A DNA stretch of 64,000 nt from a virus. Under the pieces are notes generated by a model, which saw only the letters and a list, made by a program, of their open reading frames with translations, did not search any database and was not told where the DNA came from. The translations under genes and the position numbers were made by a program. This document shows, in pieces, positions 50,167-58,906 of the stretch. The first letter of the stretch is position 1, and each line of letters starts with the position of its first letter. The stretch lies in the IMG/VR virus record IMGVR_UViG_3300017917_002644, positions 10,635 through 74,634 of that record; one strand, given 5' to 3'.

Positions 50167-50571
50167 TTATAGTTTAGTTTTTATTTCCTCTATCTCAATT
50201 TGGATATCGTTTAATTTTTCTTTCTGCTCTTCTTCTACTTTGGATATTGTATCCTCCATCTCACTTAGTAATTGTTCTTTTTCTGCATCACTTAACCAAC
50301 CATCTTCACCAATGCCCTTTGCTTCAGCTGCCGCTAATCTCTGTGCAATAGTTGCTAATTTAATTAAATGGTCATCGTTCTTTATTGATGCATCTATTAA
50401 ATCTTTTATAATTGGTGCGATAACTGTTGCTTCTCCAACATTTTTAATCAACTTTCTTAAAGATTCAATCATATCAGATATGTTTTTCTTTTTGTTTTGT
50501 TGATTTTCGTAAATATCTTTAAATAATGATGATAAATTCTTACCATCAAATAATTGAAATTCCGTTGACAT
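50167..50571 (-). CDS. Hypothetical helical protein
   Basis: 134-aa ORF; weak resemblance to small terminase subunits only. Confidence 0.6.
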   Translation of the reverse strand: MSTEFQLFDGKNLSSLFKDIYENQQNKKKNISDMIESLRKLIKNVGEATVIAPIIKDLIDASIKNDDHLIKLATIAQRLAAAEAKGIGEDGWLSDAEKEQLLSEMEDTISKVEEEQKEKLNDIQIEIEEIKTKL

Positions 50572-50594
50572 AATTGTTTATTTTATACTAATAA

Positions 50595-52286
50595 TTATTT
50601 ACTTATCAAATAATTCCCCATAACGAGATAATCCATATCGGAATTTAAGAATGTCCAAATTGCATCGTATGGAGAATTTGCCATAGTTTTACCTCTTAAA
50701 TTGAATGATGTATTTAATAGAATTGGAGTTCCACTAACCTTTTCAAACTCTTTTAATAAATCGTAATAGAGTGGGTTTTGTTCTCTTCTAACGGTTTGTA
50801 TTCTTGCTGAACCATCAACGTGGGTTACCGATGGAATTGGTTTGTAATCAGTTACTTTAACCACCTGATTCATATAAGGAACTTCTTCTTCCGAAATAAA
50901 ATACTTTTCAAAATCTTCAATAGTTACCGATGGTGCAAATGGTCGGAACATTTCCCTTTTTTTGACAACCTTATTAATTCTATCTCTAATATCTTTAATA
51001 TGTGGGTTACCCAATATAGAACGATTACCCAATGCTCTTGCACCAAATTCAGTTCTATTTTGAAACCATCCTATAATATTACCTTCATTTATCAGTTTAG
51101 AAACTTTTTTAAGTAATGGTTTATCACCTAAAAATTCCCATCTATCTTTTCCAAAGTTTTCGGTTATCCACATTTCAATAACTTCGTTATCATATTTAGG
51201 TCCTAAGTAAGGTGTTTGATTATCACCTCCTTCTACTTTTGGATTTCCTAATATATTGTGCCAATGATATAAACAAGCTCCAATAGAAGAACCCGCATCA
51301 GATGGCGCGTATGGTATCCATACCGAATTGATTGCTGCGTGCTTTTTTATTTTACCGTTTGCAGTTCCGTTGTATGCACATCCTCCACCTAACACTAAGT
51401 TTTTGGAATCAACTTTGGATGCCAATCGGTTTAGAATAAAATAGAACTTTTTCTCATACCATTTTTGGAGTGATGCTGCCAAATCCATATGGTGTTGTTC
51501 TATCTTTTCTTCTGGTAATCTTGGTTCAAATCCTATTAGTTTATTTAATTCGTAAGTAAACATTTCTGTATTTGAATATTCCCAAGTGAAGTATTTTTTA
51601 ACAACCTGAAAAAGATGTTTACTATTTCTTTCTATTTTATCAAAAACATACTCATATACTTTTGGGTCACCGTATGGTGCCAATCCCATAACTTTATATT
51701 CCCCACTATTTGGTTTGAATCCTAAGTAGGAGGTTATTGTGGAATAAACTAATCCCAAAGAATGTGGAAACTTTATATTATCTATTTCTTGGAACCCATT
51801 TTCATTACATACAGCAAATAATGCAGTATCCCACTCACCCACACCATCAATTGAAACCCCCAATGCTTCTTTGTATGGAGATGTGTAGTATGAAAAAGCA
51901 AGATGTGAATAATGGTGTTTTACATATACAATTTTACCATCATATCCAATTGTTTCTTTTAAATAGTTTTTTAAATCACCCTCTGTTTTAGAAAATGTTT
52001 CCTTGAAATCATTCCAAGTTTTGTTTTTAGAAATCCATCTTTTTCCTAATGTTTTAGAAACTCTATCGTATTTTAATTCGGGTTCTTCATACCAACAAAC
52101 TACATCTACATCACTAATTTTAACTTTTGCATAATCTAAACAGAATTGAATAGCCTGTAAAGGAAAAGAGTTATCGTGCTTAATGCCAGATAACTTCTCT
52201 TCTTCAATAGCTGCTATTACTTTTCCATCAATAACTATAACTGCTGATGAATCGTGATAAAATGCGGATAATCCTAATTGTATCAT
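50595..52286 (-). CDS. O-carbamoyltransferase (NodU/CmcH/TobZ family)
   Basis: HDSSA, EEEK, HHYSH, DGVGE, EYKVMGLAPYG, GGCAYN, DAGSSIGA, EFGARALGNRSIL, FRPFAP, HVDGSARIQTV, LLNTSFN. Confidence 0.95.
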   Translation of the reverse strand: MIQLGLSAFYHDSSAVIVIDGKVIAAIEEEKLSGIKHDNSFPLQAIQFCLDYAKVKISDVDVVCWYEEPELKYDRVSKTLGKRWISKNKTWNDFKETFSKTEGDLKNYLKETIGYDGKIVYVKHHYSHLAFSYYTSPYKEALGVSIDGVGEWDTALFAVCNENGFQEIDNIKFPHSLGLVYSTITSYLGFKPNSGEYKVMGLAPYGDPKVYEYVFDKIERNSKHLFQVVKKYFTWEYSNTEMFTYELNKLIGFEPRLPEEKIEQHHMDLAASLQKWYEKKFYFILNRLASKVDSKNLVLGGGCAYNGTANGKIKKHAAINSVWIPYAPSDAGSSIGACLYHWHNILGNPKVEGGDNQTPYLGPKYDNEVIEMWITENFGKDRWEFLGDKPLLKKVSKLINEGNIIGWFQNRTEFGARALGNRSILGNPHIKDIRDRINKVVKKREMFRPFAPSVTIEDFEKYFISEEEVPYMNQVVKVTDYKPIPSVTHVDGSARIQTVRREQNPLYYDLLKEFEKVSGTPILLNTSFNLRGKTMANSPYDAIWTFLNSDMDYLVMGNYLISK

Positions 52287-52289
52287 ATA

Positions 52290-52979
52290 CTAAATGTTTA
52301 TATCACCATCATCCATAAATTGGTTAAACAACTCAATTTGTTTTTCTTTCATTTTATTTACAACCTTTGTTATGTAATGAGTTGGGTGACCTGTCATTTC
52401 CCTAATAAGTAGATATAAAGATTTTTTATTGAAATTTTCTATGTATTCTGCTCTTCTGAATAATTCTAAAACAGCATCTGCGATTTGCATATCTCTCTTT
52501 TTTGGGAAATGATTTTCTAAATGTTCATCCCAATATTCCAACATTCGTTTGTTGAATGTTTTGAACTCATCGTTTTGCGTTTCTTCTTTCCAATTGTTTT
52601 CCGTATCCCAACCTTGTGGCATTTGAGACATGATATCGGTATCTTTGTATCGTTTGTAATTGGAATTATTTGTGAGGATAAGATAGTTTCTTGCAACAAT
52701 AGTAAAGTAAGAGAATGCTTTACCTTTACCTGCTTGATACATATGAATCTTTTCAATCATAAAGGCAACAACCTCACACATTACATCTTGAGGGTCATCA
52801 TCAAAATAACTGAACTTCCATTTGTTGTAAACTATTTCTGCAAGTTTATCAAATGCAGGTTTAATCCTATCTTTATAGATTTTATCTTTTTCTAATTGGT
52901 TTTCGGAATTATTATACTCTATGATAGCATCTTCCGTATCTTTTGTAAAATATTGTTTATTTCTCGGTTTTCTCGGCAT
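52290..52979 (-). CDS. Phage RNA polymerase sigma-like factor (T4 gp55-like)
   Basis: YFTKDTEDAI..KLAE..DVMCE..KAFSYFTIVARNYL region-2-like pattern. Confidence 0.7.
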   Translation of the reverse strand: MPRKPRNKQYFTKDTEDAIIEYNNSENQLEKDKIYKDRIKPAFDKLAEIVYNKWKFSYFDDDPQDVMCEVVAFMIEKIHMYQAGKGKAFSYFTIVARNYLILTNNSNYKRYKDTDIMSQMPQGWDTENNWKEETQNDEFKTFNKRMLEYWDEHLENHFPKKRDMQIADAVLELFRRAEYIENFNKKSLYLLIREMTGHPTHYITKVVNKMKEKQIELFNQFMDDGDINI

Positions 52980-53244
52980 CGTTCTGTTTGATTTTGAATT
53001 TTTCGATAGTTTCTTTTATTTGATAAAATATAGAACCTACTTCATCATCCTTCTCAAACATTTGACGATTATCAATCTGTCTTAATGCCTCCAGTAATGC
53101 TTCGTTTCTTGTTAATTCAGTATCTATGAATTGGTTGTATTCTTCAACAACATCTTCATATTTTTCTAATTTCTTTAAAAGATTAATTGTAGCAAAAAAT
53201 AATGCAACAATTAAAACTGATAATATTCCTATTGTTAATTCCAT
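52957..53244 (-). CDS. Small membrane-anchored hypothetical protein
   Basis: N-terminal hydrophobic helix followed by coiled coil. Confidence 0.65.
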   Translation of the reverse strand: MELTIGILSVLIVALFFATINLLKKLEKYEDVVEEYNQFIDTELTRNEALLEALRQIDNRQMFEKDDEVGSIFYQIKETIEKFKIKQNDAEKTEK

Positions 53245-53245
53245 A

Positions 53246-53881
53246 TTATACTACCTCATATCCTTTTAAAAAATAATCATTTGCTTTTTTATATTTAACC
53301 TCAACCATTTCTCCTTGTGGTGATTTCATTACAATCCTATCGTTTCTACCAAAGTTGTTTTTTTTGACAACGGTTGTAGTATAAACTCTATCTTTAATTG
53401 TAAATCCATCTAAATGGTCAATCTCATGCTGAACAATAACTGTTTTCATAGTTTCAGCTGATACTTGTTCATTTTGTTTATCACCATCAGGATTGATTTC
53501 AAAGGTCAATTCTCCCAAATTATCTGTATTAACAACTACTTTACATGCTCTAATTGTTCTAACAGGTTTTTTCATCGTATCAGGCATTGAAAGACATCCT
53601 TCGTAGAATATAAACCCCTCTTTAGATTTAGAAACAATTGTTGGGTTTAATAAGAATATATTTTCATCTCCAAATTTAATTAAACATGCTCTCTTTTTAA
53701 TACCCAATTGAGTTGCAGAAATACCAATACCACCGAATTTTTCTAATGCAGTTTCTAATGTTTTGTGTAATTCATCTGCTTCAATTGCGGTTGTTTCAGT
53801 TCTTTGGATTGGAGTTTTTAAATATTCTACAAATTCTTTATTTGATAAACCTAAATTGTTTTTATCTGTTATTAATTTCAT
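53246..53881 (-). CDS. def: Peptide deformylase
   Basis: GIGISATQ, EGCLS and QHEIDH motifs 1-3. Confidence 0.95.
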   Translation of the reverse strand: MKLITDKNNLGLSNKEFVEYLKTPIQRTETTAIEADELHKTLETALEKFGGIGISATQLGIKKRACLIKFGDENIFLLNPTIVSKSKEGFIFYEGCLSMPDTMKKPVRTIRACKVVVNTDNLGELTFEINPDGDKQNEQVSAETMKTVIVQHEIDHLDGFTIKDRVYTTTVVKKNNFGRNDRIVMKSPQGEMVEVKYKKANDYFLKGYEVV

Positions 53882-53884
53882 AAC

Positions 53885-54442
53885 TTATATTATTGTTTTT
53901 TTAAAATTTTCTTTTTTCTTTAAATTATACCAATTTACTAATGAATATCTCGTTCCACTTTCAACTTCTGAAACTCTGTGTATATATTTTGATAAAAAAA
54001 TAAATAAATTTCCAACTCCTTTTTCAAAAGTTATTATATTATTATTATCTTTTAATTCTAATTTACCACCGGTATATTCATCATTTAATTGAATAACAAT
54101 AGAACAATATCTTTCATTTTCTCTTTCAATTTCAGGTCCATCTGAATGCCAACTATAATATTCACCTACATTATATTGTGTAAATTGAAAATTGGGATTT
54201 ATTTCTATTTCGTAATTTTTTATTTCTATTTTATTATTTAATAAGCGTATTATTTTATTATTTAATTCAATAAATTCGGAAGTAAATGCTACATTTGATT
54301 TTCTTGCTAATTCATTTTTTATAAAATTAGAGTTTGCACCAACTAAACCACTTTTTAATTCATAATTATCAATAGAATGTTTTATAATAGAATCACATTC
54401 TTCTTTAGATAAAAAATCGTATATGGTGGTATATTGAAACAT
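53885..54442 (-). CDS. 2OG-Fe(II) oxygenase (prolyl 4-hydroxylase/PKHD-like)
   Basis: WHSD, YTGGKL, HRVSEVESGTRYSLVNW. Confidence 0.9.
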   Translation of the reverse strand: MFQYTTIYDFLSKEECDSIIKHSIDNYELKSGLVGANSNFIKNELARKSNVAFTSEFIELNNKIIRLLNNKIEIKNYEIEINPNFQFTQYNVGEYYSWHSDGPEIERENERYCSIVIQLNDEYTGGKLELKDNNNIITFEKGVGNLFIFLSKYIHRVSEVESGTRYSLVNWYNLKKKENFKKTII

Positions 54443-54445
54443 ATA

Positions 54446-55336
54446 TTATTTTATAAAAGGTAATATTGCCAATTCTTTTGCTTTTGCTTCAACCATAATA
54501 TCTACATCCAATCCATATGTATTTGGTAATGAATTAATATAATCGGAATGAGCTTGTGGTTTAAGTTTTGAATTATTTTCGTGTAATGCTTTTGATTCCG
54601 AATAATGTACTTCTTGTCCAATATCTTTTGGCCAAGTTGTTGCTGCTAATTTAAGTGCCTGTTCTTCAGATAAATCGCCTGTACAAAATTGGTGATGATG
54701 ATAATCGAATACAATAGGGATACCAGTTTCTTCGTGGATATACATTAAATCTTTTACAGAATACATTGTAGCTTTATCATCATTTTCGATTGTAAGCCTC
54801 ATTTTAACCGAGTTAGAACATCTTTGGAAGTTTTTGATAAATCTATCCATTGCTACTTTTTTATCTCCGTAAACACCGTTACAGTGAATATTAATATTGT
54901 TGAAATGAGATTTTTCCAATCCCATCATATCAAATATTTTACCATGCAGTTCTAAATCAGCAATTGTATTCTTAACAACAGTTTCATTTGGTGAAGTTAA
55001 TACACAAAACGGACCTGGATGTGAATTAATACGCATACCCCAATGTTTTGCATAATCACCTGCTTTTTTGAGTTCTAATTTGATTTCTTCGTAATCTTTT
55101 AGTTGAGTTAAATCAATGTGGTCACCCCACGGAATGATGGCGGATGATAAACGGAAGAAACTAATACCATTATCGTTATTCCACTCTAAAATTTTGATAA
55201 TATCTTTTGCGTTAGCCAATGCCAGTTCGGAAACATAATCCAAACCTTTGGATTCTAAAGTTTTTTTAACCATTGTACGATTTGTGGTAATTTTTTTACC
55301 AATCGTCATATTAATACAAGCATATCCTAATTTCAT
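54446..55336 (-). CDS. uvsE: UV-damage endonuclease
   Basis: LGYACIN, FFRLSS, HPGPF, NIH, IENDD, FDYHHH, HYSES, AHSD, MVEAKAKE. Confidence 0.95.
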   Translation of the reverse strand: MKLGYACINMTIGKKITTNRTMVKKTLESKGLDYVSELALANAKDIIKILEWNNDNGISFFRLSSAIIPWGDHIDLTQLKDYEEIKLELKKAGDYAKHWGMRINSHPGPFCVLTSPNETVVKNTIADLELHGKIFDMMGLEKSHFNNINIHCNGVYGDKKVAMDRFIKNFQRCSNSVKMRLTIENDDKATMYSVKDLMYIHEETGIPIVFDYHHHQFCTGDLSEEQALKLAATTWPKDIGQEVHYSESKALHENNSKLKPQAHSDYINSLPNTYGLDVDIMVEAKAKELAILPFIK

Positions 55337-55340
55337 ACCA

Positions 55341-55371
55341 CTAATATACGAAAAAAAATTGGAAAATCCAA
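55341..55371 (-). promoter_or_regulatory. Bacteroidota-type promoter TTG-N20-TATATTAG
   Basis: Same spacing as 32836; 4 nt before the uvsE ATG. Confidence 0.7.
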
Positions 55372-55374
55372 GTC

Positions 55375-56436
55375 TTAATATGTTTTTATATTTTCTTCAT
55401 CTTTTTTGATGCGGTTATATTCCTTTACACTACCACCTTTAGAAGAAATCCAATATTGAACCGCTTTTGGATTATTTATCCATAAATTTCTCTTTTGCCA
55501 TGGAAATTCCGGATGCATATAATCTTCCCATTTCAAATCTGGCAGTTCTTCTTCAGTTTTTCCTTCATTATTATCAATTATTTCTATATTTTCTTCGATT
55601 TTAGGGGTTTCTCCGTAAACTTGATAAATTTTATCATCCAATTCGGAATTTTGTCGAATTACCTCATTTTTTTTGACATTTTTTGTTAAATTTTCTTCAT
55701 CATTTCGGTTTTTTACTTCAATCAACCCATTGAACGCAATAATGAGTGCAACTGCAAGTGGGTCAAACACTATTACAATCAAAAATATGAAAAATTTAAC
55801 AACTGTATTTAATTCTAATCCAAATGCTTCTGCGACGAAACGGAAACCACCAACTTCTTTCTCTAAATTAAGGTTAGAAAGTTTAATTTTGTTAATTTCT
55901 TCGGTGTTTTTTGCGTTATCATCCTGCAATTGAGAAATTTTATCGTTAATTTTTGCAATCTGTCTATCTCTGTTATCAATTGAACGAAGTAGACGAGAGT
56001 TTACCTTACCACCATCAATAATTTTTCCTTGATTTTGGTTAAATTCGGTAATTTGAGTTGATAACTGTTCAATTTGGGAGTTATTTTGTTCGATTTTAGT
56101 AGTAAAAACTGCGATTTCTCTATCTACTCTCTGTAATTCCAATGATTGTGCTTGAAAAGCGTTAGAAAGATATCCAAAAATACCCGCAGATGTAATAATC
56201 ATAAGGGAAATTACGGCAGTTGTTAAATACCATTTGTTAAATCCCTTAATTTCATCCCATTTTTGCTTTAAATAAGTAGCAGCAACCAATTTTGCCAACT
56301 CTAATGCCGATGCCATTACCATAACTGATACCGATGCTCCTGCAAAAAGAACACCTAAACCGGTTACAGAGAAATAAGCCGCACATCCTGCAATAATTAG
56401 TGCGGAAAATCCTACTAAAAATTTAAGCCAATTCAT
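55375..56436 (-). CDS. Multi-pass membrane protein with coiled coil
   Basis: Three N-terminal TM helices, coiled coil, then a further TM helix (FFIFLIVIVFDPLAV). Confidence 0.75.
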   Translation of the reverse strand: MNWLKFLVGFSALIIAGCAAYFSVTGLGVLFAGASVSVMVMASALELAKLVAATYLKQKWDEIKGFNKWYLTTAVISLMIITSAGIFGYLSNAFQAQSLELQRVDREIAVFTTKIEQNNSQIEQLSTQITEFNQNQGKIIDGGKVNSRLLRSIDNRDRQIAKINDKISQLQDDNAKNTEEINKIKLSNLNLEKEVGGFRFVAEAFGLELNTVVKFFIFLIVIVFDPLAVALIIAFNGLIEVKNRNDEENLTKNVKKNEVIRQNSELDDKIYQVYGETPKIEENIEIIDNNEGKTEEELPDLKWEDYMHPEFPWQKRNLWINNPKAVQYWISSKGGSVKEYNRIKKDEENIKTY

Positions 56437-56438
56437 AA

Positions 56439-56615
56439 TTATCTTTCAATATCAATAAGTTCTTCGATTTGTTCTCTAACCTTTTTAGTATCTGAAATAA
56501 TTTGTAACACATCTTGGTTTGGTAATTGCATTGCACCGTTGGCAACTGCTTCAATTACTCGGATTTTACCCTCTAATACAGATAATAATCCTTTTACTTT
56601 TTCTTTGTAAATCAT
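56439..56615 (-). CDS. Hypothetical 58-aa protein (MIYKEKVKGLLSVLEGKIRVIEAVANG...)
   Basis: Read from sequence. TATTTATT motif 3 nt upstream; fills the intergenic gap. Confidence 0.7.
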   Translation of the reverse strand: MIYKEKVKGLLSVLEGKIRVIEAVANGAMQLPNQDVLQIISDTKKVREQIEELIDIER

Positions 56616-56641
56616 AGTAATAAATATTTTAATAAAATAAA

Positions 56642-56672
56642 AATGGGTAGAACAGTTTTTGCCCTACCCATT
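56642..56672 (-). terminator. Rho-independent terminator after hsp20
   Basis: AATGGGTAG..CTACCCATT stem with a T-rich tail on the minus strand. Confidence 0.7.
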
Positions 56673-56695
56673 AAAGATACGAAAAATAACTGAAA

Positions 56696-57085
56696 TTAAC
56701 TAATTTTTACAGTTAATTTTTTTGGTTTTGTTTCTTCTTTTCTTTCTATCGTAATTAAAAGAATTCCGTTTTTAATTTCTGCTTTTGCAGTTTTTGGGTC
56801 TAAAAACTTACCCAATGTAATTCTTTCATCAATATTAGAAACTAAATCGTAGAAAGGTCCTTTTTCATCACCTTTTTTGGCCTTTACTTCAATCTTATCT
56901 TCGTGATAAGTTACTTCTACATTTTTAGGTTCATGTCCTAATACTGATAATGCAAAGGATGTTTTATCATCCTGAACATCTACTGCGAATTTTTGTGGAA
57001 CGAATGTGGTTACATTACTTTTCCAAAGGGGTGTTGGTTCTGCAAACACCGCTTCTACTAATTTATCAAATCTATTATCAAACAT
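56696..57085 (-). CDS. Small heat-shock protein (Hsp20/alpha-crystallin)
   Basis: AKAEIKNGILLITI..PKKLTV alpha-crystallin C-terminal motif. Confidence 0.85.
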   Translation of the reverse strand: MFDNRFDKLVEAVFAEPTPLWKSNVTTFVPQKFAVDVQDDKTSFALSVLGHEPKNVEVTYHEDKIEVKAKKGDEKGPFYDLVSNIDERITLGKFLDPKTAKAEIKNGILLITIERKEETKPKKLTVKIS

Positions 57086-57122
57086 AATTTAAAAATTTTT
57101 GGTTAATACTGATGATATATTA

Positions 57123-57161
57123 TCAATCACTGTACCAAAGTGATAATACTGACAAATTGTC
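57123..57161 (-). promoter_or_regulatory. Putative sigma54-like promoter (TGGTAC-N5-TTGA) with upstream GACA-N3-TGTC inverted repeat
   Basis: Read on the minus strand 38-52 nt upstream of the hsp20 ATG; resembles TGGCAC-N5-TTGC. Confidence 0.45.
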
Positions 57162-57166
57162 TAAAT

Positions 57167-57820
57167 CTATTTACCTAATAAGTAATTTTGTCTTTCAATA
57201 ATTGTACTCATATGGTCTGCCCAATGCATTATGTATTGAATTTTAGAACGAAGATATTTTGAAGTATCATATACTTTGAAATATTTTTCATTATCTTCAT
57301 CATATAATCCATCTGTTAGTTTGATACCAAAATATTCATTTTCATTGTAAGTTATACCATATTGATTCAATAGAAAAAAAGTTCTATCAGTGATTGTCAT
57401 AAAAGAGTTTTTTTCATTTCTTTTAAATACTTCACCTCTATTTTTTACATGCCACTCTGAATCATTTTCTGAATAATGTAATTCTTCTTTTGTTCCTAAC
57501 TTACCTAAATCATGATGTAGAGCAACGAATACTAATTCTTCCTCTGTAAAATCACAAACACCACCTGCTTCTTCAAATGTTTTTTTCATTCTTAAAGCAT
57601 TTTTACATACATTAAAAATATGGTCAATATAACCACCTTTGTATGCATTGTGATAATTTAAGTTACCTGATGCTGGAGAAATAATTAAATTACCTCCTAA
57701 CTCTTTTTCAGAATACATAAAGAGTAGTTTTTCTAGTCTTTCTCCTGTGAAATACTTTTTTAAGATTTGGATGAACTTAGAGTAGTTATCTAATAGTTCT
57801 TTTTCTGATTTTTGTTTCAT
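57167..57820 (-). CDS. HD-domain phosphohydrolase
   Basis: HNAYKGGYIDH, LHHDLGK, HWADH. Confidence 0.85.
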   Translation of the reverse strand: MKQKSEKELLDNYSKFIQILKKYFTGERLEKLLFMYSEKELGGNLIISPASGNLNYHNAYKGGYIDHIFNVCKNALRMKKTFEEAGGVCDFTEEELVFVALHHDLGKLGTKEELHYSENDSEWHVKNRGEVFKRNEKNSFMTITDRTFFLLNQYGITYNENEYFGIKLTDGLYDEDNEKYFKVYDTSKYLRSKIQYIMHWADHMSTIIERQNYLLGK

Positions 57821-57903
57821 TTTTTATTTAATTTAGATTTTAACTTTTATTAGTCTTTTTTTTTACTTTTCTTGTCCAGATGAGGATTAGTAAAATAACA
57901 TTA

Positions 57904-57934
57904 CAAACATACGAAAAATTTTTCAAATTTCCAA
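57904..57934 (-). promoter_or_regulatory. Bacteroidota-type promoter TTG-N20-TATGTTTG
   Basis: Consensus -7 TAnnTTTG with a 20-nt spacer, upstream of the HD gene. Confidence 0.75.
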
Positions 57935-57938
57935 GCAA

Positions 57939-58253
57939 TTACAAAAATAATTCTTTTTTTGTTAGGATTTTGTATAGAATTTCTACTTCTTCTTCGGTAG
58001 TTATTTCAGGCAGGTCATCATCAAACAATCTTACGGTATATAGGGGATTACCTTTATCATCTAAAAATTCATCGGAGCCGGAAGAGTATAATGCGGGAAC
58101 GGTATCTATTCTACTTACTTCCTCTTCATCCACATCTATTAGGGGAATAATATAATAATGGTATGTATCACCGTTATCTTCTACATCTATACGGTGACAT
58201 TTCCATCGGTTAAAGCTTTCTTCACTTATTGGTGTTTGTGGTACTACTATCAT
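57939..58253 (-). CDS. Acidic hypothetical protein
   Basis: 104-aa ORF directly after a promoter. Confidence 0.7.
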   Translation of the reverse strand: MIVVPQTPISEESFNRWKCHRIDVEDNGDTYHYYIIPLIDVDEEEVSRIDTVPALYSSGSDEFLDDKGNPLYTVRLFDDDLPEITTEEEVEILYKILTKKELFL

Positions 58254-58256
58254 ACC

Positions 58257-58288
58257 GTAATATACGAAAAAAATAGAAAAATAACAAA
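58257..58288 (-). promoter_or_regulatory. Bacteroidota-type promoter TTTG-N20-TATATTAC
   Basis: Same architecture as the others; 3 nt before ATG 58253. Confidence 0.7.
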
Positions 58289-58289
58289 T

Positions 58290-58781
58290 TTATATGAATG
58301 TTTTTTTTATTTTTTGAATTTCTTTTTTTGCCATACAAAATGCTACCAATGTGTATCTGTGACCTCTTTTGACAGGTAAAACTTTATGAGCCAAATTCGG
58401 AGGAAAAGTTATTGCAGTATTTGTTACTGGTTTTAATATAGTTTCACTTTCATCTAAATTTTTATAAACAAATTCACCACCTTCAAAATCATCATTTAAA
58501 AAACAAACAACACTATTTACTTCAAATGGTGAATGATAATGGAAGTTTTTAGAAACTAAAAAATTTTGGGATATTTTTTGTAATCTTAATACACCACAAT
58601 CGTATATAAATCCTTTTTGTAAAAATACTTTTTCTATTTTATTACGAAGAACTTCTTGAAAATTTGAATATTCAAAATTATATATATCATCATTTATAAC
58701 ATTATACGTAGTATTTTTGGAAAAATAAATGATTTCATCATACAATTTTTTATCAAAAAAATCCGTATAAAATTGTAGCAT
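58290..58781 (-). CDS. 2OG-Fe(II) oxygenase, HxH variant
   Basis: FHYH, FLNDDFEGGEF, HKVLPVKRGHRYTLV. Confidence 0.85.
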   Translation of the reverse strand: MLQFYTDFFDKKLYDEIIYFSKNTTYNVINDDIYNFEYSNFQEVLRNKIEKVFLQKGFIYDCGVLRLQKISQNFLVSKNFHYHSPFEVNSVVCFLNDDFEGGEFVYKNLDESETILKPVTNTAITFPPNLAHKVLPVKRGHRYTLVAFCMAKKEIQKIKKTFI

Positions 58782-58894
58782 TATTGTAAATGTTTAATAC
58801 GAATTAAATTAATAACAGAATTAATTACTAATTTTACTTTGTTATCAGTATCTGCTGAAGTTAATTTTACAATACTTTTTATTTTATTACTCAT
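58781..58894 (-). CDS. 37-aa peptide (MSNKIKSIVKLTSADTDNKVKLVINSVINLIRIKHLQ)
   Basis: Read from sequence. Its TAA overlaps the oxygenase ATG (TAATG); starts 12 nt after the Hint-protein stop. Confidence 0.7.
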   Translation of the reverse strand: MSNKIKSIVKLTSADTDNKVKLVINSVINLIRIKHLQ

Positions 58895-58906
58895 AATTGA
58901 TATATT

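Noticed and set aside
50167-50571. Terminase small subunit call
   Set aside because: Only generic helical resemblance, and no large terminase nearby in this window.
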